Origin: Lama guanicoe
Taxonomy: Eukaryota
Direction: 5' to 3'
NCBI GenBank assembly: GCA_013239625.1
Contig: MU053365.1
Location: 2,018,115 to 2,082,114, forward strand
Length of the DNA: 64,000 bases
Part shown: positions 41,459-54,771 of the stretch, one piece after another
Numbering within the stretch: position 1 is the stretch's first letter
How the letters are laid out: the number at the start of each line of letters is the position of its first letter
Notes under the pieces: model-generated
Databases searched by the model: none
Seen by the model: the letters and a program-made list of their open reading frames with translations, nothing else
Told to the model about the DNA's origin: nothing
Made by a program: the position numbers and the translations under genes

Positions 41459-44400
41459 CTACCCTAGAAGAGACTCTGGACCAAGGGTACATGTTATACT
41501 ATGTCTACAGCAATATTTATAATAGTCCTGCCAGAAAAATGGATATGAACAAATGAAAAATGTTGATATATTTTGCCACATTGTCTTCCAAAAACCTTAT
41601 ACAAATTTACATTTCCCTTAGCAATGTATATAAAAGGACCCATTTTTTTCACCCCCATGCCAACCTTGGGCGCTATTCTTTATATTTTGTGGGGTTTCAA
41701 ATGTGATAACTGTTGTTTTAATTTTCATTCCAGTGATAACAAATGAGGTTGAGCATTTTGCATGTTCTTCCCGATTATTTGTATTTCTCCCTTTCTGAAC
41801 TGTTCGGTCATGTCATTTGCTGTTACTCTGATCAGGGCGCGATGTGAAATTGCACTAAAAAAAATTTAGAATAAATAACCCATAGATAGGGAATTATGAT
41901 GTTAAGATGATTAAGCCCCAATGCTTCACTCACCACATACTGAGAACTACACAGAGAGTTCACCATTAAGTGCTGTTGAGGAAATTTACAGTTAGAGAGT
42001 CTTCAAACTTAAAACAAATTGAAGTTGGTTATGAAACTCTGTCAATGTAAAAATAATTATTAAAGAAGAGATGTATAATGGAAAAACAATTATTTAATGA
42101 TAATAATAAGGGTACTGATACCTATATTATATTAATATAATCTAAGAAATCCAGAGGTTGATGAGAGGGGGAAAAAAACATATAAGAGAAATTAAATAAT
42201 TACAGAAATAGAATGCCTTGAAACATAGCAGCTGGAATCTCCATTCAGCTCTCTAGCCTCCTAGTTGCTCATTTCTGCTTGGTTCTTTAGAGTCTCGTCT
42301 GCTTTTGTGCCGTTTTAAAGCGAGCCAACCATATCCTTTATGAAGAACACATATTGGGGGATTCTCCATTCTGTGGTTCTCTCCGCTCTGAAGATCGTCC
42401 CCTTCAGTATCCATTCACCCTGCCAGCCACATACTCTGACCTCCGTCCCCTCAGTCCAGGAAGACTGCCGCTTGTTTTCAGCAAACTTGGAGGTGTTTTC
42501 AGAAAACCTTCAAAGGCAGAGCTGAGTAACAGTGAAGCTGTTCCTGTGTGCTTCCCTTTTTTCAGGGGTCACATCCCTTAACAGACTTTCCTTTTCTCCT
42601 TCTGTTCCAGAACAGTTCAGTCCTAAAAATATTAGATGACCCAAGCAAGGCAGGTCCCCATGCTTGGAGTCTGGAAGAAGCTATGATGACACAGATAAGG
42701 GTGTCAGAGCCCGACTAATGTAAGGTGGGCATTCCCATGGAAGGGAGGCCCGGCACGGGGCATCGGAAACCAAGTGGAGGAATGAGGGGATCTGCAAAAG
42801 AAAGATGCTCGCTGCAGTTTGTCAGAACACAAGCAGAGTGAGGACAGCATCCAACGTGCATTATCAGCATGTTGCCGTAAAAGACCTTAAAGACAAAAAT
42901 CTGGATCTGATCCCTGGCTCTATTTCTTCAGCTACGACCTTGCCAACATCATTTAATATCTTGGCTACTTTATTAGTAACACTGAGCTCAATATACTGAC
43001 TTAATCTATCTCTGATGGTTGATAGGAGTTTAAAATAAAATTGGGGTAGTAGCAGTATGTATATAAGGTAGTATAAATAAAAGTACTTTGAGAATGGTAA
43101 TGCATTATGCAAATAAGTTATTGTCTATTGGCAATAATGGGTTTTTTCATAATAATCAGAAAACATCTTGCAGAACACATCACCTATCAGGACTGAGTTC
43201 TTTTTCAAAGGTTTGTCTACCTCCACAGCAGACAGATCACAAGCTTTGGAATTTGTACCCCAGCTCTGCCAGCTACATGATATTGAGCAAGTTATTTACC
43301 ATTCTGAGCTTTAGTTTTGACATTCGAAATAACTACACAGCTTCACTGTGAGAAATAAATGGTAAAATACATGCACTCAGGAGTAAAGGGAAAATTATTA
43401 TCAACTTAGGAAAGCTAATATCAATTTCTCAAAACCTTAATACCACAGGGAAATTTAGGTACTAATTCATTTTTATAGAGGTTTTTACCTTGCTAATTAG
43501 TATTTGAGTATTTCCTTATGTGACATTGTCTTATATTTGTAAATGATCACTGTTTTTAAAACATCTTAAGAAAATAAAACATGATCTCCTGTCTTTAAAG
43601 ATTGAGAATTTGTAGGAGGCCGTTAGAAAAAGGATGCCTTATAATTGATTAATCTCAGTTTAAGTTAAATAGACCACATGAGCGGAGTCAAACTAATAGG
43701 AAGGAAATAATGTTTTTCATACCTATTTTTAAAATGCCATTTGTGGAAAATAACAAGAGATCAACCACAATTTGGCCACCTCATCATTTTGGTAACTGTA
43801 AGTCTGTCCATTTAAAATGTGAAAGGCTGACATTTCTAGTCAATAGTTTGAAATGTTAATGTTGTGTTAATGTGAGAGCAAATCATTTCCTATTTAAATG
43901 GATCGATTTTGTCCAGGAGAGAGTTGTAATCTCCAATGATGTGGTAAGTCATTTAGAAATAATTTGAGTAGCTGTGGAACCAAAGGGGCTGTCACCGAAA
44001 GAGACCAGGCAATAGTTTCAGGAAAAGGTTTAATAGAAAACATGTCAGTTGGTGAACATCTATTGTCCTTTGTTATAAATAATATCTCTTTATGCTAATA
44101 ACATGGTTCTAAATAAATACACACAACCGTGGCAAGGAAAATAGTAAAGATGAGTATACTTGACTGACCTTCCAATAAAATTTCTCTTTCTCCCAGAAAT
44201 CGCAGCTATTCTTGGCAGGAAGCTCTTAAATTGTTAGATTATCAGAAGGAGAAAGGAGAAGCAGTCCTTATAAGAGATGCACGCTTAGTCTGATGATGCA
44301 GCCTTTAAATAAATACTTTACCTGCACAACATCTGTTTGGTTTATCTGATTTTCTGTTTTAATTGCCTCCAATTCTCATAAAAATACCATAAAGTTGTCA

Positions 44401-44514
44401 TGCTTAAGCAGAAAGGAAACACAAGTAATTGTTTCTTATAACAAGCCTCCCCCACATAACCTCTATCTAGTACCAGCGACAGAGCCAGAGACAGCAGGTG
44501 AACTGACTCAGGAA

Positions 44515-44708
44515 AGGGTTGTCAACACATAGATATAAGAATGTCCCATGGCAATATTTGAGACATCCTAACACTAAAACAAAATTATTGTGTATCTGAA
44601 ACCCAAATTGAACAGGCCACCCTATTTTCTTTTTTGTTTGTTGTTGTTGCTGCTACTCTGGCTTTTGTTTTGTTTTATTTTGCTTTTTGGCTAAATCTGC
44701 CAACCTTA
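44515..44708. mobile_element. MER53-like hAT MITE
   Basis: agggttgtca...tgccaacctt termini; tgtcccatggcaatatttgagacat core. Confidence 0.7.
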
Positions 44709-45149
44709 ACTTGGACACTTTAGTTCTATTCTAGTGTTGGCTCTATTGCTTATTAATACTGTGATCTTGGTTGAATTACTTAGCCTTGGATTTTCAAATT
44801 CTTGAGCCAAAGTTATGATTCCCAGTTTCCATTTTTGTATTTCTACTTTGAGGAAAATCTCCACATTTAATAAATCACTTCCAGTTCACTCATGGATGAC
44901 TGCTAAACAATCAATTGATTCTCTGAAAAAAAGTTACAGTTTGGTAACTGAGAATAAAGATAATCATCGTGGCTTCAGTTATTTAGAGGAGGATGCTAGT
45001 ATCAGATGAATAGTCAACATTCTGTCTTTGTAATGACCTTGAAAATGGCCAAACTGCCCCCTCAAACTCTCTATATAGTATTTTAATTATATTCCCTTCA
45101 TCTCTGCCTAAATCTCCTTGCTTTGAATGTCATATTATCAGACTAATCT

Positions 45150-47700
45150 ACTCCCTGTCGCAACCATTTACAGACTTCAGTGTCACTCTCCATCATTTCC
45201 TAGAGATTTTATCTCTTGGCTGTCACTCTCTCCAATACGACTCCAGCCATTATAATTGGTAATTTCATTATCCACATGGATGATGTTTCAAACACCCTGA
45301 AATCCACATCTTTGACTTCCTCTCCCCAAATGTTCTTATCTTCCACCCTTTCTCATCTCCTTACTCCTATGGGCATACCCAAGACCCTGTGAGAACTAAA
45401 GATGTAACCACTCCATAATTTCAATTTCAAACATCTTATTCTGTCTACCATATCCTATATGTGTGGTTCACTTCTTCCAGTACCGGTACCTCAACTCTAA
45501 TCATGCCCTACCAAGGCCCGTTATCCTTGGCAACTTCTCGCTATGCCTTTCCCCCTCAGGTCCTCATTCCCCTCTAGTTTAAATTTCAGAAGTATGTTAG
45601 ACATTACAATTATTTATTAATATTGGATTTTCTTCCATTTCTGGAAACCTAGAAAGATTATCATTCTAAACCTCTCAAAATTAGGCAAGGCCCTTAATGC
45701 TGTTAGGCAATTTTTTTTTCGTATGAAAATTTATTACTATCATTCTTTCACCATCAAAACTTGGTCTTTCCTTCCTGCCTTTGTATAAGGCCAAAGGAGA
45801 GACATTGGCTATTTTGACAACCTTAAAGTGGACTCCAGCAGTGACCAAATCCAGCAACAAGAATTTCATCATTTTCCTCAAAAAATTCAAATAACTATCA
45901 AAGGCTGTGATTTTTAGGCAATTTTAAGATATTTCTGTAATTCACCCCTTCCTCTACTGTTAGTGAAACTTACTGTACATTATCCTTGTACTTCAAATAC
46001 CTAACACTTCCTTCTCAACTTTTACTCAGCTGATGGCATTGCTTGAAAAAAAATAAAGGAGAAGGGATAGGGAGAGAGACAGACAGATGAGTGCAGGAAA
46101 GAACCTCACAAGTTATAACAACCTACATCATATACCATCCCATAAATGTGCACATACGCTCTGCCTTTCTTCCTGTTAATACTGGCACATTGTGATCCAC
46201 TCTAAGATCATCTCCTCCACTTTTACCTAAGACCCTAACTCAGGAAAAGAACATCACTCTTTCAATTCTCCCCCCTCTTTCCAGAATCATAATTTTCTTC
46301 TCTGTTGGATTTTTCCCATCAGAATACAGACAAGCTATCATTTTTCCTATCATCTTCAACACTTCTGACCCTACATCCCCTTGTAGCTACAGCTCTTCCT
46401 CTCTGCAAAGTTCCTTAATGACTTGCCTGCACTCGAGGTCTGCAATTCCTCTCCTCGCATACTTTCTTAGAACTGTTCCTTCAACCAGACCTACAGCACC
46501 CTCCCCTTCATGACACCCAAACCATACTGGTCAATGTAACAAATAACCTCCATGGATTTTAACCCAGTCATTGCCTCACTCCTCATCTAATTTGCCCTCT
46601 CAGCAGCATTTGACATACTTGATCAACTCCCTGTGCATCGTCTCTTTACTTTGCTTGCATGACCTCACGCTATCCCAGCATTCATTCTATGGCACTGGCC
46701 ATTTCTCCTCAGCCTCCTTAGCCAATTCCTCAGGATCTCACTAAACTTCCAAGGGTGCAAGTACTTCAGGGCTCATGCCTTGAATGTTCCCTCCCATTTA
46801 TTTATTGATCCTGTCTCTTCTTATAGGTTTAAATGTAACTACACACAGATAACTCCAAAACACCTGTCTCCATCCTAGACCTCTCCTCTAAAGTCAAAAC
46901 TCATATACAATCTTGGATAAATAATGGCATCTCAAATATAACCGGTACAAAATCATGCTCGTTATCTTGCCCTCAGGTCTGTCTGTTTCTCACACAGGTT
47001 TCACCATCTCAGCTCCATCCTTCCCATTTCTCAGGCCCCAAACTTGGAGCTATTATTAACTCTCACATCCCACATCCAATTCGTCAGGAAAAGTATATTT
47101 GCTATACATTCGAAATGTCCAGAATTTAATTGTTTACCCCACTTCTTCCACCAACTCTGTCTTCAATCTAGCCATCACTATTTTTCATCTGGATTATTTT
47201 GGTACCCTCCTAACTTCTGTCCTTTCTTTGATTCTTGTCCCTTATAGCATATTCTAAAGACAGCAGCCAGAGTAATGCTTCTAAAACTAAGTTGACCTAT
47301 ACCATTCCTCCACATAAAACCATCCAGTGTCCCTTCATCTCACTCACAAAGACCAGTCTTTACAATGTATAAGGCCTTATGTGATCTAGATGTATTGTCT
47401 CTTCCACAACTCAAATGCTTACTCACTTTGTTTCAGAAACACTAGTTCCTGATGTCATTCAAGCATTTCAGAAACTTATTTCTCTTTTGTGGCTATTGCA
47501 TTGCCCTTCCTTATGTCTGAGAATGCTATTCCTCCAGGTAGCTGCATGACATAGGCGCTTGCCTCCTTGAAGTCTTGTTCAAATGCCAACTTCTCAGTGA
47601 GGTTTTCCTTGGCCACCCTATTTACAATTTGATGGGGACTGGCACTCCCTATCATTCTCTACCTCACTTCAGTTCTCTCCATAGAACCTTGTATTTATCA
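45150..47700 (+). mobile_element. Long L2 LINE remnant (interrupted)
   Basis: ctctcagcagcatttgacatacttgatca (RT LSAAFD motif), gataactccaaa, acagcagccagagtaatgctt, aaatgccaacttctcagtgagg. Confidence 0.85.
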
Positions 47701-48615
47701 TACAAGAATAATACATTGTGGATAAGTTAGAAAGAATAGACAGAAGAAAAAAAAACTTCAAAGAGAAGCTATTATCCTCACCACCAAGACATAACCTTAC
47801 CACCCAATATTGCCTTCAGTCTATAAAATTGATTATATCATAAACACTTTATTAATACTGACTTTTTGTGTTAATATATAATAAAAAATCTTTCTATTTG
47901 AATAAACATTAATTTATTACATCATTCAGTCCTCTTAAATTGTGGTAGATTATGTTTCAGCATATAATTGCCCTACACAGTGTCCTAGCTTCATCCCCTG
48001 GATACACAGGTCATCTGTCAAACTTTAAAAAGGTTGAAATATAAATATCATTTGAATATAAATATATAGAATATGATATACATGATATATAATACAAACA
48101 TAAATAAAATAAATTGAATATAAATATGATTAGACCATTTGTATGCACCTTATGAAGCTATTCAACTATTAATACAGGTGAAATTGATGACTTGAAGGTA
48201 TTCGTGAAGTGGGTATTGAATCTGACTTCTGCATACTGAAATGACCGTTTGTTGCGATGCCTCATTTTTTCAGTCATACACTGCTGAATATATTCATCAT
48301 TAATGAGACACACACTACTTCTTAGCAGTTATAAATAATCAGGGGTCTTTTCAATAAATCATTCATGTTTATCAACTTGGCCTTTTTCTATTTATGCATT
48401 TTCATTATTCTAGTGTTGGACAATATGACACAGAAATGTGATGAACCAAACTCCAGAGAAGGTTCTCTCTTGGCAAGCTAATGGTGCTAGCTTGATAACT
48501 ACCCTCACTCCAAGTACCAATTCAGGTGTAAGGTAGTGTGACTGAGTAAGAGTAACATCAGAGTAGGAGTCAGGAGGGCTAGACTCTTGCCACAATCCTG
48601 CTGTGTGACTTAGGC

Positions 48616-48833
48616 CAGTGGTTCTCAATTCGAGCCTATTTTGTCCCCTTGGGGACATATGGCAATATCTGGAGACATTTTTCACGATCGTGACTGGGGT
48701 TTTGCTACTGGGATCTGATGGAGAGAGTCCAGAGAGGCTGCTCAACATCCCACAATGTGCAGGACACACCTACTCCCATGTCGAGGAATTATCCAGCTCA
48801 AGATGTCAATAGTGCTGTGATTAAGAAACCCTA
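48616..48833 (+). mobile_element. MER20 hAT-Charlie MITE inserted in a MIR
   Basis: cagtggttctcaa..ggggacatatggcaatatctggagacattttt..gatgtcaatagtgctgtgattaagaaaccct. Confidence 0.9.
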
Positions 48834-49049
48834 AATTAAGCAGATCACTTTATTTCTCTAGGTGTTGATTTCCTCACCTGTAAAAAAACTGTCGTCATGT
48901 CTCAAAGACTCTCCACCAATAAGCTCAATATAATGAATTCCCCTGTGGAAGAGTACCAAGACGTTCAAGACAGTTCGAAATGGCTTAGAAAGAGCATTTA
49001 TTTTCAAAACTATTTCAGAAGAATCTGAGACAGAGACAGGGTACATGAC

Positions 49050-49380
49050 TTGCTTGAGAAAATCTGGCAAAGGAATAGAATACTGGTCTCTGGGGTTCCC
49101 AGTTAACTGGACTGTCAACCTCATCACACAGCTTCCGAGAGACAAAGTGACATTGTAAGAAATGCCTGGCTGGAAATATTTGCTGAAGTTTTGGTCACAA
49201 ACTACAGCAAAACCTTTAAAAAAATTTTTTTTTATCTGTATAGGTTGCTTGAAGTTTTTCTTCTCATTTTGGGGTTGCCTTCAGAGACCTCAGGCACTTG
49301 ACTTCATCAAACAGTCCATTTGATTTTCTTCTGTGTTGCTAATTCAAGTGTTTCTCTGTAAACCCCAAGCCACAGTACTA
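49050..49380 (+). repeat. Copy 1 of a diverged ~330-bp direct repeat
   Basis: Shares collinear anchors with 51568-51895 at a near-constant ~2.52-kb offset. Confidence 0.85.
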
Positions 49381-51567
49381 TTAAATAATTGATTGCATAG
49401 ATCTACCTTTTGAGTTTTACAGATCAATATCAAAATTTTTATGTCCCATGGAGATCTCTTAAGGAAAATGATAACACTGTGTAGCATATTTTATTCATCT
49501 AGTACTGACTTGATTAATTTCTCATTAGGGAATTAACCATATATACAGGAGCCTATAAATTGTAATCATTTTAAAAGTACCTCAAGAAAAATAAGTCCAA
49601 ATACACTGCCTCTTTCCACTATACTAGCAGAAGCCCAGTGAAGATACAGTTTGCACTGCTTAGATGTTCAAAATGTTTGTACTGTTTATATGCGCTTTTG
49701 TTGTGAGAAGCAGATGAGAAGTTTTCAGAAGTCTATCGTATCCAGGTAACCAACCTTCTCTGATGGCTTCACAGGAAGCATAGGTTACTAATTACCATCT
49801 CTATATTGGAGCTGAATTTCCCTTATTGAAAGTCTCTTTTTATTTGACAAAAAAAAGTGTCACTGAAACAGGTAGGTGAGACTATCACTATTTCTCCTCT
49901 TTTATTTTTAGGCTGAGGTTAATTTGAGATGTGAAAAGCAAAGGCAAAGACATACTTTTCTGGTTCAACCCCTTTAATGAATGAGGAAAGCCAATTTTGT
50001 ATCAAGTAAGTGCCCAATTAGACAAATGGCAGACAAGGACATGGATCTGAGAAGGGTGATTTTAAGTCAGGTTTTGATATCTCATCTTCTTGAGAGGAGG
50101 ACAGACATTCCACTGAAGGGAGAGCTTGTTGGGCTAACAAAGATGTCACTCTACACCTCAGCTATACCTGGGAAAGACTCATGTTTGCTTAAAGAGAAAA
50201 AAAATTCATTGTGTTTATGATCAAAGATTATGCCAAATGAAATTAAGAAGTAATTTACTTCTAAAGTGTAATGCTATATTTTGCACAGAAGTGTCAGCTT
50301 AGACTAAAAAGAGCTTACATACTGATTGCTCAAATGCTTTAAAGTCTTGCAAAGCATATGAGAAGCAGTATGTTTGACCAACATTATAAATACCTCATTT
50401 TAAAGGACAAGAAATTAAAATGAAAGTGGGAAATATGTGATTAGCAATTCACAGAGTATACTAGGTGCATTTCCTGCTAATATCTTAAAATTATTTTCTG
50501 GGAATTAGATACTTGACAATGCTTTTTCATTTCACACTCTGGCCTCAACACTTTCGAAATATTACTTCATTCCAAGAATATAACACCAGCAACAACAACA
50601 AAAACAGTCCGTATTGGTGACAGTAAAAACTATAGTGATGATAGTGCCAACATTTATGAACAATTTCTTAATCAAAAGAATGAAGTGAAAGTTTGATGAA
50701 ACATATAAACAGAGCAGATTCATCATTCACGTAAATTGATTATCTTTATATAAAATAAAACCAGCACACACATTCTAGACATCAAATAAATTCCACTTTG
50801 GCTGTCCAAATCATCTACTCTGAGAAACATTTCTTAATCCACCAAGAGAAAAATGGAAAGTTGAATATCCCATGTGTTTATACCCTTCAGATGGAGGTGA
50901 TCATGTCACAAAACATTCCAAGTTCTTACTAACTAAGGATCTAATCCACCTAAGAATAGTCACTTATCATCAACTAAAGTACTGAAAATTTCATGTGCAA
51001 TTCACATATTTCATACCTTTTTAATGAAGTAAATACATTGAGAGTCTCTGGAACTAAAATCAGTGTATGATTTTTTTTTCCAAGTTATAAGCCGTAACTG
51101 TAGTTGATGTTTAAATGTATGATTTTGATTTGTGTTGGGGAAGCATCAGGGATTCTAATAAGAGTTGGCCAGAATCTCCATAGTTCTGCATCTTCATGCT
51201 GCAATGTGGGGAACTGAACTTAAGCATCTTGAGTTCTCTGTTTCATTTGAAACTGGATTACCTTCTTGCCTGGGTCGTAACCACTGATGTTTTCATTCTC
51301 CTCTGGCCATTCTCTGGCTTCTGTTCCTTTTCTTATTCCCTAAATGTAGGTGCCTTTCCCAGGACAGGACAAGTCATTGACTTTTTTCTCTATATTGTGT
51401 TCCTTAGCAATTATTTTCTCTTATCTCATAGCTTTAACTACCATTACTAGCAATGGTATATCCCTCATGCCACCTCACACGGATAATCCATCTATCCTAG
51501 CTCTTCCGTCTAATGTGGTCACCACTACATCGTCAGATCAACATATCCCTGATAAATGTCTCAGAGG

Positions 51568-51895
51568 ACCTGAGAAAACTCGGCAAAAGAAAACAGAATG
51601 CTGGTTTCCTGAGTCACCAATCAACTGGACGGTCAACATTATCATATGGCTTCTAAGAGGTGATGTGACACTTTAAGAAAATGCCTGGCTGGCATGCTTT
51701 GCTAATGTTTTGGTCATGGACTAGAACAAGATCTGTTTGTCTTATTTTATCTGGATAGCCTAGGGGAAACTTTCTTCCACAAATTTATATCGACTTCAGT
51801 AACCTCATGCACCTGAATTCATCAAATAGTCCACTTGGTATCTTTTCCAGGTTGCTAACTCAAGTGTTTTTCTATGAATCCCAAGCCATAGTAAA
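51568..51895 (+). repeat. Copy 2 of a diverged ~330-bp direct repeat
   Basis: Anchors aatgcctggctgg, gttttggtca, ttcatcaaa.agtcca, gttgctaa.tcaagtgttt, cccaagcca.agta. Confidence 0.85.
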
Positions 51896-52304
51896 TAGTC
51901 CTAGTTCTGCAGGTAACTTTGAAGATAATCGTGCTGCCCACCAATTCATAATACATACATGCCCATTTTTGTTGTCCACATCTAACAGAGAGAAGTAATC
52001 ATACATAACAAGATCAGCTCTCTTTCACTGAGCGCTTACCTTGCACTAGGCACAATCAGTCTAGGAGGTGAGTATTATTACTACCAGGAAAACCAGTCTC
52101 CAGTGTTATCATGTGACTTCTCCAAAGTCACACAGAAAGTGGCAGAGTCAGGATTCAACTCCAGCTATGTACGCAAAACCTAGTCTCCTGCCACGATCCA
52201 ATAGAAGGCAAAGAGTCTTTGTTGTGAACTGTTTTGATTCTTTGCTCATTTACAATCTCGCTCAGTAGCCTATCTGCTTGGACTTCCTTGGGTAGACGTT
52301 TTAA

Positions 52305-52505
52305 ATTAGACAGACCTGGGTTTGAACCTCAGGTCTTAGTACCTAGCCCCATAAATTTGGACAAAATATTACAACTCTGCAAACCATAAATTTTTCCTCT
52401 GTAAATTGACATAATAATACCTACCTCACGGCCTTGGGATGAGAATTAGATCTGAATATTATGATAAATAACTGAGCATAGTGCCTGGAATATGCTGCAT
52501 GAACA
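52305..52505. mobile_element. MIR SINE
   Basis: agacagacctgggtttgaacctcagg..ctctgtaaattgacataataatacctacctcac. Confidence 0.8.
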
Positions 52506-53389
52506 ACTCTTATGATGATAGTTCTCCACCCTTGTCCCCCAGAATCATCAGCTCCCCCTTTGTCACTGCAGCCTACTCAATTATCTCTTTACTTACTCTA
52601 TGAAGTCTCCCCGAAGGGAGGAACTGCGTTATTAACTAGTTTTCTGGCACTCAGTACATTTTGATATAATTTCCCCCCCCGGGGAGCTGGCATTGGACAC
52701 TTTGGACATGAAGACTCTACCTTTATTTGTTCGGAATTTCAGGCTATATCCACCACTTGAAGCAATTGCTGGCTTCTCAGTCTTTTAGCTAATGGAACTT
52801 TGTGGTGTTAAACGCTGATGCCTCCGACCAGTCCCTCCTGGCAGGATTCTCCTGACCAGTGATTGTCCCTGAAACACACAATGTGCTCCCCGTAAGGGAG
52901 CAGCTATGGAACGTGAGAAGTAAGCAGAGACTGCAGAGGTCAGATGGTCCTGGGTATAGCATCTTAACCTGAATTTAAAAAGCTTGAATGAGATCAAGCT
53001 AAAATCTCATCTTGGAAAAAGAAGGTCAAAGCATATAATGTGTCAAGCAAAATAAGCCACCTTGCCCTTTCAGAAACAGCATAGAGTTTTTATTAAGCAC
53101 ATCAGATAATTTTTTAAGGTCATTTCTAGGGAATATAAATATAAACGCTAATAAATGAACATGTGGCCCAGGTGAATTCATATGACTTTTCGATGAGTAA
53201 AAGTAATTCAGTCAGTAAAAGAAGTATTATTTTATTCTAAAAGTGAGGGTGATTTTAATCAATCATATGCTAATAAAGAATTCAGTGCTATTGCTATACA
53301 CTGATTTAAAGAACATTAAATAAAAAAGTGTTTCCAATGGAAAATTCATGTAAACCTAAATAAATATTGATCATACAGAAACAATAATA

Positions 53390-53988
53390 AATTCCTAGGG
53401 AGTCGGTAAAATATAGAAAATGAATATAAGAACACAGATGATGGAAAAGGGTAAATGTGTAAAAGAATGTTCACAGCAACATTGTCTGTAATAAGAAAAA
53501 AATGAGAAACAACTCAATCTCTAATAACAAGAGAACGGGCAACTAAATTAGACTGAGGTCATATGATGACCCAACATATAACTGAAAAAAATCAATAAGA
53601 TACAGATTTACACATCAGCAAAAATAAATCCTAGAAGCGTAAGGTTGGCTGAAAAAACAAGATGACAATTACACACGGTGTGACATCATTTTCATAAAAA
53701 TTAAAAAAGTGAATCACAGTATAATTGACTGTACTTCAATTTAAAAAAGTGAACCATACACTGTTTAAGGATGCTTATAAATATAGTAGTAGTATTTACA
53801 AAGAAAAGCAAAGGAAAGATAAAAGTCAATTTGGGGACGTGTTTACCACTTTCGGGGAGGCAGGGGCACAGGATGGATGAGAAGAGAACAGAGGCAGCTT
53901 CTTAAGTTGGCTTTTTAAGTTCTTAAGTGTTCATTTTACTTTTAGGCTTCCTATTGCACATAACTGTCACTCTTTGCTATGTACCAAC
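53390..53988 (+). mobile_element. L1ME-type 3' end abutting the retrocopy 3' end
   Basis: aagaatgttcacagcaacattgtctgtaataagaaaaaaatgagaaacaactc..gtgtttaccactttcggggagg. Confidence 0.7.
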
Positions 53989-54771
53989 TTTCTTTTGGAT
54001 GGTGGAGACAAATATTTATGAAAGACAATACTCACATTTTGGAAAACATTTAAAAACTTAGATTTGTAAACATAATATTACCTGTTTCAAATGACAGTAC
54101 TTTGAAGAGAGAACATAATTTGAACTGTTACTTCAAAACCTGTTCATGTTTGACCATTTAACTTGTGTTCCCTAAGATAAAAACAAGTCTCAAGCAATGT
54201 CAACAAATAAACTTAATGAAAAGAAAATGTGTACTACTTGAAGACTCATAATGTTTTGTACAAATTTCTAAACGTCTATGTTTTAAGGCAGAATTTGAAT
54301 AAATGCTAAAAAAGAGGCTATGTTTACTCATTACATGCTTTTATTTTTTAAATGTGCACAATTTTGATTCAAAGATGCTGGATCCCCAATATTTTTTAAG
54401 AAGAGGATGAAAACAAATTTTGGAGGTAAAAAGGAACAGATGGAATAGCTTCAAAAGTACAGAAAAGCAGGGTAAAATAAAAGAAAAAGGAAATAATGAT
54501 AAATAAAAATAAACTTAAAAACAAAAACAAACATAAATCAACATAGAATAAAAAGAAAAAACATAAATCAACATAAAAGAGAAATAAGTAAAAATAAACA
54601 TAAAAACAAAAAGTTAAAATAAACATAAAAATAAAAAGAAAGAAAAATTAAAATTAAATAGTAACCCTGCATGTTTCAACAATGAAGTTTCATCCTTTTA
54701 GAATCTTAAAGCAAGTAATTTGGAATTTTTGATAAATAAGCTTCTATTTATCAAATACAGGATCCCTGGTA
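53989..54771 (-). other. Probable ELL2-derived 3' UTR of the retrocopy, with candidate polyadenylation signals
   Basis: Sequence after the stop (aagcttatttatcaaaaattccaaat..agattctaaaagg; tattggggatcc) resembles the ELL2 3' UTR as I recall it. Minus-strand AATAAA at 54340-54345; CATAAA at 54015-54020 followed ~18 nt later by an A-rich remnant at 53989-53996. Confidence 0.5.
54475..54660. repeat. A-rich low-complexity expansion inside the retrocopy 3' UTR (U-rich in the transcript)
   Basis: Degenerate aaaata/aaaaca units with a duplicated aaacataaatcaacata block. Confidence 0.85.

Noticed and set aside
42290..42480. Small CpG cluster as a promoter
   Set aside because: Too short and sparse for a CpG island, with no linked exon evidence.
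54396..54626. Hydrophobic Phe/Leu-rich 76-aa ORF resembling a membrane peptide
   Set aside because: It is the translation of a T-rich low-complexity repeat.
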